Shown one piece after another: positions 31,896 to 42,706 of a DNA stretch of 64,000 bases. The position numbers and the translations under genes are program-made. The notes beneath the pieces are model-generated. The model searched no databases and was not told where the DNA came from. It worked only from the letters and a program-made list of their open reading frames with translations. The number at the start of each line of letters is the position of its first letter. Position 1 is the stretch's first letter. Origin of the DNA: an uncultured Actinomycetota bacterium (lineage in GTDB: Bacteria > Actinomycetota > Actinomycetes > Mycobacteriales > SCTD01); NCBI GenBank assembly GCA_963815615.1, contig CAWFHF010000008.1, forward strand, positions 8,766 through 72,765, written 5' to 3'.

Positions 31896-33472
31896 GTGCC
31901 GACACCGCCCCTGCTGACCGGCGTCGCCGCCGGTCCCGCGGGCGCGGCGACGACGCACGACGGCGGCCCCCTCGAGGGCCGGCTCGTGTGGTGGGGCCGG
32001 CGGACGGCGCGCGCGGCTGGTGAGCCGCGGCGTGCGCCCGCGCACCTGCTGGGACCTGGCCGCCGTGCACCGGGTGCTCGCCGGGCGGCGGCCGCGACGA
32101 CCCCGCGGCCGTCTGGGCCGCCGCCTCCGGCCGCCCCGCTCCCCCGCCCCGCCCGCCGTCCACCGGCACGCTGCTCGACCCGCCGTCCGTCCGCCGAGCC
32201 GGTCGTCGACGGCGTCCTGCTGTGGGACGAGGACGCCCCCGACCCGGGCCGGATGGCCGCCCTCGCCCTGCAGGTGCAGCAGTCCCAGGCCCGCGCCCTC
32301 GCCGGGCTGCCGGACCCGCGGCCCGACCCCTCCGGGCTGCCGCTCCCGCTGCTCACCGCCTACGCCGAGTCGGCCGCCGCGCTGCTCGCCGTGGAGCTCG
32401 AGGCCGACGGGCTGCCGGTCGACCGGGAGGCGGCGCACGCCTGGGTGGCGGCGTCGGCGGGGCCGCGCCCGCGCGACGAGGCGCACGAGCGGGAGGTCCG
32501 CGACGGCCCGCGACGCCGTCGTCCACGCCGCGCTCGGCGCAGAGGTCGACCTGCGCAGCAACGAGGCGGTGCTGGCGCTGCTGCACGCCCGCGGCTTCGA
32601 CGTCCCCGACACCCGCTCGTGGCGGCTCGAGCCGCACCGCGCGACGTCCCCCGGCGTCGCCGCGCTGCTCGACTGGCGCCGGGCCGAGCGGGTCGCGACG
32701 ACGTACGGCTACCGCTGGCTCGACGAGCACCTCGGCGACGACGGCCGGCTGCGCGGCACCTGGACCGCCGCCGAGGGCGCCGGCCGGATGACGGCGAGCG
32801 CCGGGCTGCACAGCCTGCCGGCGTCGCTTCCGCACGGCGGTCGCCGCGGAGCCCGGGCACGTGCTGGTGCGCGCCGACCTCGGGCAGGTCGAGCCCCGGG
32901 TGCTGGCCGTGGTGTCCGGCGACCCTGCGCTCGCCGCCGCCGCCCGCGAGGTCGACATGTACACGCCGGTCGCCGCGCAGCTCGGCGTCGACCGGCCGAC
33001 GGCGAAGGTCGCGGTGCTGGCCGCCATGTACGGCCAGACGAGCGGGACGGCCGGCCGGGCGCTGGAGCGCATGCGCGCCGCCTACCCCCGGGCGCTGGCC
33101 TTCCTGCACGACGCCGAGGAGGCGGGGCGCACCGGCGGGGAGCTGCGCACGTGGGGCGGCCGGCTGCTGCCGCTCGGCACCGGCGGGCGGGGGCGGTTCG
33201 CGCGCAACGCCGTCGTGCAGGGCGCGGCCGCCGAGCTGTTCAAGGTGTGGGCCGCCACCGTGCGGGCGGGCCTGGCGGGCACGGGTGCGTCGGTGGTGCT
33301 GTGCCTGCACGACGAGCTGCTCCTGCACGTCCCGGCCGGCCGCGCCGACGACGCCGTCGCGCTGGTGCACGAGGGCCTGCGGGAGTCGGCCGGACGCTGG
33401 GCCACCGGCAGCGGGGTGCGCTTCGTGGCCGACGTGGCCGTCGTCGCGCGGTGGTCGCAGGCCAAGGGCTGA
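31896..33472 (+). pseudogene. family A DNA polymerase-like protein with exonuclease-like N-terminus (bifunctional 3'-5' exonuclease/DNA polymerase type), about five +1 frame changes
   Basis: Pieces lie in track ORFs 31326..33566, 32020..34704 and 32861..33472. GTWTAAEGAGRMTASAGLHSLP; LVRADLGQVEPRVLAVVSGD; AKVAVLAAMYGQTSG; NAVVQGAAAELFK; LCLHDELLLHV. Frame changes near 32030, 32100, 32190, 32510 and 32830. Confidence 0.65.
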
Positions 33473-33523
33473 GCCTGTGGACGGCGCGGGACGCACCAGC
33501 GCGGTCCGGCCTACGGTCGCCGC

Positions 33524-33952
33524 GTGGTCGACGTCGACGGGGTGCGCGGGCTGGCCCGGCAGGTGAACGGGCTGGCCGGCGAGGCGCGCGCCACGGCGGC
33601 CCGGGTCGCCGCGACCGAGGGCGTCGCGTGGCAGTCGCTGGCCGCGCAGGACTGGCGGGAGTCGCTGCGCCGCGACGCCGCCCGCGTCGGCGCGGCCGCC
33701 GAGGAGCTCGACGACGCCGTGCGGGCCCTGTACGAGCACGCCGACGCCGTCGAGCGCCGGCTCGCGGAGATCGAGGCCGTGCGCCGCGCCTTCTCCGCCC
33801 TGGTCGACCGCGCGCGGCACACGCTCTCGGAGGCCGTCGACGACGTCGAGGACGCCGGCACGTCCGCGGCCCGCGCCCTGCTGTCGGTGGCGAGCCGCAT
33901 CCCGTCCCCGACGTCGGTCGACTGGCCGGACTTCGCGAAGGGCTGGCTGTGA
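33524..33952 (+). CDS. small all-helical protein with WXG-like (T7SS-substrate-like) hairpin motif
   Basis: Intact 142-aa ORF. VAWQSLAAQDWRESL..AVRALYEHADAVERRLAEIE resembles WXG100/T7SS-signal type helical hairpins (WQS in place of WxG). The stop overlaps the next start (GTGA 33949-33952). Confidence 0.5.
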   Translation: MVDVDGVRGLARQVNGLAGEARATAARVAATEGVAWQSLAAQDWRESLRRDAARVGAAAEELDDAVRALYEHADAVERRLAEIEAVRRAFSALVDRARHTLSEAVDDVEDAGTSAARALLSVASRIPSPTSVDWPDFAKGWL

Positions 33953-34694
33953 GCGCGGCCCGCAGCGTCGTCCTCGGCGCCGACGCCTGGGCGGTGCTGC
34001 GGGCCGCCGCGCCCGCCCTGCAGCTGCCCCCGGCCCTCGCGGCCGGCCCGGTGCTGACCCCCGAGCAGGCCGCCTCGGCCGAGCAGGCGCTGCGCGCGAG
34101 CGACGTCGTCCCGGGCAGCAGCGGCGACCTGCTGGAGGACCTGCACCCGTCGGTGCGCGCGTCGCTGCTGCTGCACGTCGCGGCGGGCGTGGCCGTCGAC
34201 GTGCTCGTCGGCAGCGGCGACGCCGTGCGCAGCGCCCGCGCCGCCGTCGCCGGGCCGCTCGCCGGCAGCCTGGAGCGCACCGGCGGCGGCCCGGTCACCC
34301 TGACCACGCTGCCCGCGGGCGAGCTCGCCGGGCACCTGGCGGGGCTGCTGCCCGGCCTCGGCGACGACCCCGCCGGCCGGGACGGTCCTGCGCCTGGACG
34401 CCGCCGTCGCGCGTGGCCGTCGCGCAGGCGCTCGGGGAGGGCCGTCCCGAGCTGGCGCGCGAGGTGCTGTCGGGCCCGGTCCCGCCCGCGCTCGGCCCGC
34501 TCACCGGCAGCGCGCTGCTGGTCGTGCGCACGCCCGGTGCCAGCCGGGCGCTGCTGTGCGTGCGCACCCCCGACGGCTGGCGCACCGCCCGCCTGGCCCG
34601 CGGGGAGCTGGTCCTGCGGCCCGTCACCCGGGCCGGGCTCACCACCGACCTCGCCGCCGCGCTGGCCGGCGCCCTCGCGGGGGCGGCCGCATGA
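33949..34694 (+). pseudogene. EspG-like (tentative) Ala/Leu-rich protein, two +1 frame changes
   Basis: GTG 33949. It comprises the tail of ORF 32020..34704, a short middle frame (TVLRLDAAVA) and ORF 34413..34694, with changes near 34383 and 34412. About 247 aa. SVVLGADAWAVLRAA..LQLPPAL at the N-terminus and VRTPDGWR near the C-terminus recall EspG chaperones (weak, from memory). ATGA overlap with the next gene. Confidence 0.4.
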
Positions 34695-36254
34695 GCAGCG
34701 GTGACCTCGAGGTCTCCGGCGGCGCCACCGGCGTGATGGCCCGGATCGCCGACGTCCGGCGCACCGCCGGCCTGCTCGACGGCTACGGCGACGACGTCGG
34801 CGGGATGGCCGGGCGGGCCCGCGGCTTCGCCGCCAGCGGCTGCCTGCTCAGCACCGCGCCGTACTCGCCGCTCACCGCCGCCAAGGCCGAGGGGCAGCTG
34901 CTGCAGGCCGCCGGGTCGCTGACCCTGCTGGTGGTGCGGCTCGAGGGGGCCGCACGGGTGCTGCGCGTCCGGGCCGAGCTGCTCGAGACCGCGGACCAGG
35001 GCGTGCGCTGGGTGCAGGTCGAGGGCCGCGACCTCGCCGAGCGGGGCGCCGGCGCGATGGCGATCCCCCTGGTGGTGCCGGTCGGGCTGGCGGCGCTCGG
35101 CCTCGGGGTGGTCACGTACACGGCCGCCTGGCAGCGCCGCCGCTTCCTGCTGCTCCGCGACGTCGCGACCGGGCGGGTGCCGGTGTGGGAGCTGCCGGCC
35201 CGCGAGCTGGCCGCCCCCGGCGAGGCCGTCGACGACCTGCAGGCCGCCGCCACCGGCCTGCTCACCGACCCCGACCTGGCCGAGGGCGCGAGCCGGCTGC
35301 TGGTGGAGCACCCGCAGATCACCGACGCCGTCACCGGAGGGCTCCCGGACTTCCTGCAGGGGCTCGCCGGCCCGGCCGCCCCGCTGCTGCCGCAGGACCT
35401 GCAGCAGACCGTCACCGCCCTGCTCGGCCTGGGCCGCGGGCAGGGCCTGTTCGACGACCCCGCGCTGCAGGCCACCCGCGTCGAGCACCCGTCCCCCGAG
35501 GTGGCCGAGCTGCGCTTCGCGTCGCTGGCCGACCTGTTCGCCAGCCAGCAGCAGCTGTTCGACGGCTCCCGCGACGACCACGACAGCACGCACGATCCGC
35601 ATCCGGGAGGTCGTCGTCGACGGCACGTCCCGGTGGATCGTGCAGATCCCGGGGACGCAGGAGTGGGACCCCGTGTCGGGCCTGGACCCCAGCGACGTCA
35701 CCACGAACCTCGAGCTCATGGACGACGGGCAGGCCGCCCTGTGCGACGCGGTGCTGGACGCCATGACCCAGGCGGGGATCGGCGCCGGCGACCAGGTCCT
35801 GCTGACCGGCCACAGCCAGGGCGGCATCGCGGCCGTCGCCCTGGCCAGCGACCCCCTGGCGCGGGAGCGCTTCCCCGGGATGGACCACGTCGTCACGGCG
35901 GGCAGCCCGGTCGGCCTGTTCGACGTGCCCGACGAGGTCACCGTGCTGTCGCTGGAGCACACCCGCGACCCGGTGCCGCGCCTCGACGGCGTCGACAACC
36001 CCGCGACGCCGAACTGGACCACCGTCACCCGCGACGCCTTCGCCGACGTCCGGGCGGCGACCCCCGAGGGCGAGAGCCCGTTCAACCCGATCGGCTCGCA
36101 CGGCGGCGTCCACTACACCAACACCGCGGCGATGCTCGACGCCGGCCGGGCCCCCGGTGCCGCCCCCGTGCTCGACGGGCTGCGACCCTTCCTGACCGGC
36201 GGCGGGGCCACCGTCGACTACGTGCTCACCCGGAAGGACCCGGACCACCCGTGA
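34691..36254 (+). pseudogene. membrane-anchored protein with helical N-domain and C-terminal alpha/beta hydrolase (lipase-like GHSQGG); one +1 frame change
   Basis: ATG 34691 (ORF 34556..36784 frame), then a change near 35590 into ORF 35640..36254. TM helix AMAIPLVVPVGLAALGLGVVTY; nucleophile elbow LLTGHSQGGIAAVAL; later SPVG and HTRDPVPRLDG. GTGA overlap with the next gene. Confidence 0.6.
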
Positions 36255-36784
36255 ACCGCCTGCTCGTCGCCGGCCTGCTGGTCGCGCTGCCGCTCGCCGC
36301 GGGCTGCCAGGACACCGTCGTGCGGGGCGAGCGGGTCCCCACGGCCGACGTCGAGCAGGCCGCCACCGCCGTCCTGCACCAGGTGGCCGCCGACCTGGTG
36401 GCCCGCCCCGACGTCGTCTGCGCCGACACGACGACGTCGGACGACAGCGTCCCCACCCGGCCCGCCACCGACCTGTTCCTCACCCTGGTCACCACCGGCC
36501 TGACGCCGGCGCAGCGCGACGCGCTCGCCCTCGACGCCGGGCGCCGGCTCTGGACCTCGCCGGCCACTGTGGTCGGCAGCGTCGGCGTCCTCGTGGTCGA
36601 CCAGGGCGCGCCGCCCGGCGGGGCCTCCGCCCTGGGGTCGCTGGTCGGCGACGGCACGGGCCGCAGCGCCGCGGTGCCCGAGCTGGCGGAGCGCTTCGGG
36701 CCGCGCCCGTCGCCGGCCCCGCTGACGAGCCCGCTGCCCGACCCCGGCGCGCCGCCGGCCTGCCCCGCCCCGTCCCCCACGTGA
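36251..36784 (+). CDS. lipoprotein, function unknown
   Basis: GTG 36251: VNRLLVAGLLVALPLAAGCQD (lipobox LAAGC). 177 aa with a Pro-rich tail. The stop overlaps the next start (GTGA 36781-36784). Confidence 0.7.
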   Translation: MNRLLVAGLLVALPLAAGCQDTVVRGERVPTADVEQAATAVLHQVAADLVARPDVVCADTTTSDDSVPTRPATDLFLTLVTTGLTPAQRDALALDAGRRLWTSPATVVGSVGVLVVDQGAPPGGASALGSLVGDGTGRSAAVPELAERFGPRPSPAPLTSPLPDPGAPPACPAPSPT

Positions 36785-37617
36785 CGCGGCCGTCGCTGCT
36801 GCTCGTGACCGACCTGGCCTACCCGGCCCAGGGCCGGCGCTACGGCGACGAGGACGTCTGGCTGTCCGGCCGGCTGCGCGAGGACTTCGACGTCGCCCTG
36901 ACGTCCCCGCTCGACGCCGCCGCGCTCCTGGACCCCTTCGACGTCGTGCTGCTGCGCAACAGCGGCCCGGTGCTCCACCACCGGGCGGCCTACGACGCCC
37001 TGTGCGCGGCCGTCCGCGAGCGCGGCACGCGGCTGGTGAACCCGCTGACCGGGCGCGGCGACATGCAGGGCAAGGGCTACCTCGTCGAGCTCACCCGCGC
37101 CGGCGAGCCGGTGATCCCGACCGTCGACGCCGCCGCGGACCTGCCCCTGCTCCCCGACGCCGACCGCTACGTCGTCAAGCCCGTCCTCGGCGCCGACTCG
37201 ATCGGGCTGCAGGTGGTCGCCTCGCCCGCCGGCGTCGACCTCGCCGGGATGCTCGTGCAGCCGCACGTCGACCTGGTGCACGAGGTCTCGTTCGTGTTCG
37301 TGGGCCGCGCGTTCTGCTACGCGCTGTACGCCCCCGACCGCGACCGGCGCTGGGTGCTCGAGCCGTACGCCCCCACCGACGCCGACCTCGCCTTCGCCCA
37401 GCGCTTCGTCGACTGGAACGGCCTGGACGTCGGGGTGCAGCGCGTGGACGCGTGCCGCACGCGGGACGGCGGCCTGCTGCTGGTCGAGCTCGAGGACCTC
37501 AACCCGTACCTGTCGCTCGACCTGCTGCCGCCCGACGTGCGCGAGCACTTCGCCCGGGCCCTGGTCGGCACGCTGCAGGAGGCGCTCGACCGCTTCCCGG
37601 GGCCGACCGCGGGGTAG
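36781..37617 (+). CDS. ATP-grasp domain protein (RimK-like fold)
   Basis: Intact 278-aa ORF. YVVKPVLGADSIGLQVV, LVQPHVD and LLLVELEDLNPYL blocks. Confidence 0.65.
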   Translation: MTRPSLLLVTDLAYPAQGRRYGDEDVWLSGRLREDFDVALTSPLDAAALLDPFDVVLLRNSGPVLHHRAAYDALCAAVRERGTRLVNPLTGRGDMQGKGYLVELTRAGEPVIPTVDAAADLPLLPDADRYVVKPVLGADSIGLQVVASPAGVDLAGMLVQPHVDLVHEVSFVFVGRAFCYALYAPDRDRRWVLEPYAPTDADLAFAQRFVDWNGLDVGVQRVDACRTRDGGLLLVELEDLNPYLSLDLLPPDVREHFARALVGTLQEALDRFPGPTAG

Positions 37618-37620
37618 GCG

Positions 37621-38509
37621 GTGCGGAGCCGTCGGACACCAGGAGCAGCAGTGGGCACGAGCGTCGTCGTCACCGGAGCCAACAGCGGGATCGGGCTGGC
37701 CACCGCCCTGGAGCTCGCGCGGGTCGGCTACGACGTCGTCGGGACGGCCCGCACCCAGGCCAAGGCCGACGTCCTGCTCGAGGCGGCGCAGCAGCGCGGC
37801 CTGCTCGAGCGGGTGCGCACCGTGCTGCTCGACGTCGCCGACGACGCCTCCACCCGGGAGGGCTTCGCCGAGGTCGACCGGCTCACCGACGGCGGGCCCT
37901 GGGCGGTCGTGAACAACGCCGGCTTCGCGCAGGCGGGCGCCGTCGAGGACGTGTCGCCGGAGGACGCGCGCTACCAGCTCGAGGTGAACCTGGTGGCGCC
38001 CGCGCGCATCGCCCAGCTGGTGCTGCCGGGCATGCGGGCGCGCGGCGACGGCCGGATCGTCAACGTGTCCTCCATCGCCGGACGCGTGTCGGCGCCGCTG
38101 ACCGGCTGGTACGCCGCGAGCAAGCACGGGCTGGAGGCGCTGTCGGACGCCCTGCGCATCGAGGTCGCCCAGTTCGGCGTGCGGGTCGTGCTCATCGAGC
38201 CGGGCGGCTTCGGCACCGGCATCTGGGACGCCGGCGCCGAGAGCTTCCCGACGCCGGACGGCTCGGCGTACGGCGAGGTCTACGCCCGGGCCCGCAGCCT
38301 CACGCTCAAGGGCAACTCACTTCCCCGACCCCGTGTGGGTGGGCCGGGCCGTCCGCCTGGCGCTGGCCAACCCGGTGCCGCTGCCGCGCTACCTGGTCGG
38401 CGTCGACGCCGTGGCGATGGCTGCCGGCAACGCGCTCGCGCCCACCGCGGTCAGCGACTACGTCAAGGGCGTCGGCGCCGGGGTGCGCAGGCTGCTGCCG
38501 TTCCGGTAG
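37621..38509 (+). pseudogene. SDR family oxidoreductase, one +1 frame change
   Basis: TGANSGIGLATALELAR, NNAG and YAASKHGLEAL (YxxxK). After a change near 38315 the tail reads FPDPVWVGRAVRLALANP..RRLLPFR to TAG 38507-38509. Confidence 0.8.
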
Positions 38510-38585
38510 CACCCGGGTCCGACCCGTCCACAGGCCCGCGTGCAGGGGCGGCCGGGTGTCGGAGGGCTCGCCTAGCGTCGACGCC

Positions 38586-39107
38586 GTGACCCCGACCGCC
38601 GCCCGCGACGCCCAGCGGGCCCGCACCTACCGCGCGGAGGACGCCTGGGCCGCCCGGCTCGACGCCGCCCGGCAGGGGGCCGCCCTGGCCAGCGTGGGCG
38701 GCAGCAGCCTGGTGCTGCCCGGCCGAGCGCCGCTTCGGCACGCTGGAGACCGCCGGGCAGTACGCCGCCCGGGTGCTGGCCCTGCCGGAGGTGGTCGGCG
38801 GCCGTGGGCACCGTCGCGCCGCCGGCCCTGCGCGAGCGGCGCGGGGCGGCCCGGGCGCACTGGGAGCCGCCCGGCGTGATCGCCCTGCCGGTGCCGGCGC
38901 ACGGGGAGCCCTGGGCGCTGCGCGAGAGCGTGCTGCTGCACGAGCTGGCCCACCACGTCGGCGAGACCACGGGCCGCTGCTCCCGGGCACGCCGCGCCCT
39001 TCCCCGCCCTGGTCCTGCTGCTGGCCGGCGCGGTGCTCGGGCCCGAGGCGGCGCTGGCCCTGCGGGTCGAGTACGGCCGCGAGCGCGTCGAGGTCGGGTC
39101 GCTGTGA
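38586..39107 (+). pseudogene. putative metallohydrolase (TIGR04338-like, HExxH), about three frame changes
   Basis: GTG 38586: VTPTAARDAQRARTYRAEDAW; later RESVLLHELAHHV; ALALRVEYGRERVEVGSL to TGA 39105-39107. Family name from memory. Confidence 0.55.
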
Positions 39108-39914
39108 GCGCCGGGGCGGCGCGGGAGCAGGACGACCGGCTGGTCGACCGGGTCGGCAAGCTGCTGGCCCAGGCCGAGGGCACCGACAACGAGCACGAGG
39201 CCGCCGCCTTCGTCGAGCGGGCCCAGCAGCTGGCCACGGCCTACGCGGTCGACCTCGAGCGGGCCCGGCAGCGCCAGCGCGACCGGCAGCAGCGGGGCAC
39301 CGCCGGAGCCGCTGGCGCAGGAGCAGGTCGAGGTCGGGCCCCAAGGGCCGCCGGGGCAACCGCCACCGGGTGCTGCTCTACAGCGTGGTGGCGCGGGTGA
39401 ACGACGTGAAGGTCAACGTCGCCCACGACAGCAGCTACGTCCTCGGCTTCGGCCACCGCAGCCGACCTCGAGGTGGTCGAGCGGCTCTGGGCCTCCCTCG
39501 CCGTGCAGATGACGGCCGCCGCGCAGCGCCGGCTCGACGCCGGGGAGCACCGGCGGGCGGGCGTGGCGGCGCAGACCTGGCGGCTGTCGTTCTACGACGG
39601 CTACGTCGAGGAGCTCGGCAACCGGCTGGCGCAGGCGCGGGAGCGGGCGGTGCGGCCGCTCCCCGGCGGCGCCGGACCGGCCGGGCGCGCCGGACCGGGC
39701 CGGCGAGCCGTCCGCGGAGCTGGTGCTGCGGGCCAAGGCCGAGCGGGTGCAGGACTTCTACGCCTCGGCGTCCCAGGCCCGCGGTGCCTGGCGGGGGCCG
39801 TGGTCGGGGCGCACCCAGGTCAGCGGCCGGGCGCAGGCCGCGGGGCGCCGCGACGCCGAGCAGGCCGACCTCGGGCAGCCCCGGGTGCGCGCGCGGGGCC
39901 GCCTGCCCGGGTGA
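39104..39914 (+). pseudogene. DUF2786 domain protein, about four frame changes
   Basis: GTG 39104 (GTGA overlap with the previous stop): DRLVDRVGKLLAQAEGTDNEHEAAAFVERAQQLATAYAVDLE. It continues NRHRVLLYSVVARVNDVKVNVAHDSSYVLGFGH and then through ORFs 39473..40003 and 39723..39914. Confidence 0.55.
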
Positions 39915-39964
39915 CCTTCCGGGTGAACGACGCGGGCGTCACGCTCAGCCCGGCCCGACCTCCC

Positions 39965-39989
39965 TTGACACGAGAGGCCGTCGTGTCAA
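39965..39989. promoter_or_regulatory. perfect 9-bp inverted repeat (candidate operator) just upstream of the P450 gene
   Basis: TTGACACGA (39965-39973) N7 TCGTGTCAA (39981-39989). It is comparatively AT-rich for this DNA and ends 10 nt before ATG 40000. The first arm contains TTGACA. Confidence 0.4.
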
Positions 39990-39999
39990 CCCTGCACGC

Positions 40000-41319
40000 A
40001 TGACCCCGACCTCGCACGCGCGCAGCCTGACCCGCTGGGCCCTGCTCCACGGCACCGTCCGGCTCGCCATGAAGCGCGCGACGAAGGCGGGTGACCTGCA
40101 GGCCTCCTTCATGACCGACCCGCGCTACCGCACCGACCCGTTCGCGTTCTACGAGACCGTCCGCTCCCGCGGCACCCTGGTGCGCGGCAAGTTCGCCAAC
40201 GTCACGGCCGACCACGCCGTCTGCCAGCAGGTGCTCGTCAGCGACGACTTCCGCGCCGGCCCGGACGAGGACACGCTGCCCAGCCCGATCCGGCGCGCCG
40301 TCGCCTGGTCGCGCGACCCGCTGTCGCTCGGCCCCGTCGACCCGCCCTCGATGCTCGCCGTCGAGCCGCCCGACCACACCCGCTACCGCAAGATGGTCAG
40401 CAAGGTGTTCACCGCCCGCGCCGTCGAGCAGCTGCGCTCGCGCACCCAGTCCATCGCCGACGACCTGCTCGACCGGATGGAGGGCCTGCCCGAGGTCGAC
40501 CTCGTCGAGCGCTACTGCACCCTGCTGCCCGTCGCCGTCATCTCCTCGATCCTCGGCGTGCGCGAGCAGGACTACGCGACCGTCCTCGACTTCGGCCACA
40601 AGGGCGCCCCCAGCCTCGACGTCGGCCTGGCCTACCGCGACTTCCGGGTCGTCGACGACGCCATCCGCGGCTTCCAGTCCTGGCTCGGCGCGCACCTCGA
40701 GCGGCTCGCCCGCGAGCCCGGCGACGACCTGCTCAGCCAGCTCGTCCGCACCGAGGACGAGGGCAAGCGGCTGACCGACACCGAGCTGCGCGCCACCGCC
40801 GGGCTGGTGCTGGCCGCCGGCTTCGAGACGACCGTCAACCTGCTCGGCAGCGGCACCGTCCTGCTGCTGCAGAACCCCGACCAGCTCGACGCCCTGCGCG
40901 ACGACCCGTCGCTGTGGACGCACGCCGTCGACGAGGTGCTCCGCCTGGAGGGCCCGGTGCAGATGACCGGCCGCTTCGCGCCAGCGCGACACCGAGCTCG
41001 CCGGGCGGCGGCTCGCGCAAGGGCAGCCTCGTCATCACCTACCTCGGCGGCGCCAACCGCGACCCGCAGGTGTTCGACCGCCCGGCCGAGTTCGACGTCC
41101 GCCGCCCGAACGCGCGCGACCACCTCACCTTCTCGGCCGGCCGCCACTTCTGCCTCGGCGCGGCGCTCGCGCGCCAGGAGGGCGAGGTCGGGCTGCGGTC
41201 GCTGTTCGACCGCTACCCCGACCTCGCAGCTCGACGGCCCCGGCCGCCGCCGCACCACCCGCGTGCTGCGCGGCTGGGAGTCGCTGCCGGTGCGCACCCG
41301 GGCGCTGCAGCCCGCCTGA
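40000..41319 (+). pseudogene. cytochrome P450, three +1 frame changes
   Basis: AGFETT (I-helix); VDEVLRLEGP (ExxR); heme-thiolate loop FSAGRHFCLGAALA in ORF 40914..41357. The tail returns to the first frame and ends at 41319. Frame changes near 40975, 41000 and 41225. Confidence 0.85.
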
Positions 41320-41353
41320 CCGGTCCGGCGCCGGGCGGCCTAGGGTCGCCCGG

Positions 41354-42698
41354 GTGACCGACCTCCGCGCCGCCCTCGCCGCCCAGTCCGCCCGCGCGCT
41401 CGAGCGACCTGCGCGCCCTGGTCGCCGTGCCGAGCATCAGCAGCGAGCCGGCCCACCACGGCGACGTCGACCGCGCCGTCGACGCTCGTCGCCGGCCACG
41501 CCCGCGACGCCGGTGCCGCGACCGTCGAGGTCGTCGCGGCCGACGGCGGGCGCCCCGCCGTGATCGCCACCTGGCCGGCACCGGAGGGCGCACCGACCGT
41601 GCTGCTCTACGCGCACGCCGACGTCCAGCCGACCGGGCCGGTGCAGGAGTGGACCAGCGACCCCTTCACCCCGACCGAGCGCGACGGCCGGCTGTACGCG
41701 CGCGGCGCCGCCGACGACAAGGCCGGCGTGCTCATGCACCTCGCGGTGCTGCGCGCCTTCGAGGGGCGCCCGCCGGTGGGCGTCGTGCTGTTCGTCGAGG
41801 GCGAGGAGGAGGTCGGCAGCCCGACCCTGCCGGCCCTGCTCGCCGCGCACGCGCGACGCCCTGCGCAGCGACGTCATCGTCATCGCCGACTCCGCCAACG
41901 CCTCCGTCGACGTCCCCGCCTTCACCACCAGCCTGCGCGGCCTGGTCGACTGCCTCGTCGAGGTGCGCGCGCTGGAGCGCCCCGTGCACTCCGGCCTCTA
42001 CGGCGGCGCCGTGCCCGACGCCCTCACCGCCCTGTGCCGCCTGCTCGCGACCCTGCACGACGACGCCGGGGACGTCGCCGTGGCCGACCTGGTGCGCACC
42101 CCGTCGTCGGCGCCCGACCTGCCCGAGGACGTCGTCCGCGCCGACGCCGGCGTGCTGCCCGGCGTCGAGCTGCTCGGCACCGGCACCTTCCCGGAGCGGA
42201 TGTGGCACGGCCCGGCGCTCGCCGTGCTCGGCATGGACGTCCCGTCGACGGCGACCGCCTCCAACGTCCTGCTGCCGCGGGCCCGCGCGAAGCTGAGCCT
42301 GCGGCTCGCGCCCGGGCAGGACCCCGGGCAGGCGCCTGGCGCTGCCCTCGACGCAGCACCTGCAGCACGCACGTGCCCGTGGGGCTGCCAGGTCGAGGTC
42401 GCGCCGGGCGCGGTCGGCGCGCCGTTCGCGCTCGAGACGGTCGGCGACGGTGTACGACGTCGCCCGCGGGGCCTTCGAGGAGGCGTTCGGCAACGCCCCG
42501 GTGGAGGCCGGCATCGGCGGGTCGATGCCGTTCATCGCCGAGTTCGCCCGCGCCTACCCCGGCGCGACCGTGCTGGTCACCGGCGTCGGCGACCCGGCGT
42601 CGCGCTGGCACGGCATCGACGAGAGCCTGCACCTGGGCATGTGGGAGCGGGCCTGCCTGGCCGAGGCCCTGCTGCTGCAGCGGCTCGCCCCGGCGTAG
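41354..42698 (+). pseudogene. M20 family dipeptidase-like metallopeptidase, at least five +1 frame changes
   Basis: Pieces lie in ORFs 41354.., 41427.., 41560.., 41963.. and 42450..42698. LLYAHADVQP; GRLYARGAADDKAG; VLFVEGEEEVGSP; IGGSMPFIAEF. Confidence 0.8.
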
Positions 42699-42706
42699 GA
42701 GGGCTC

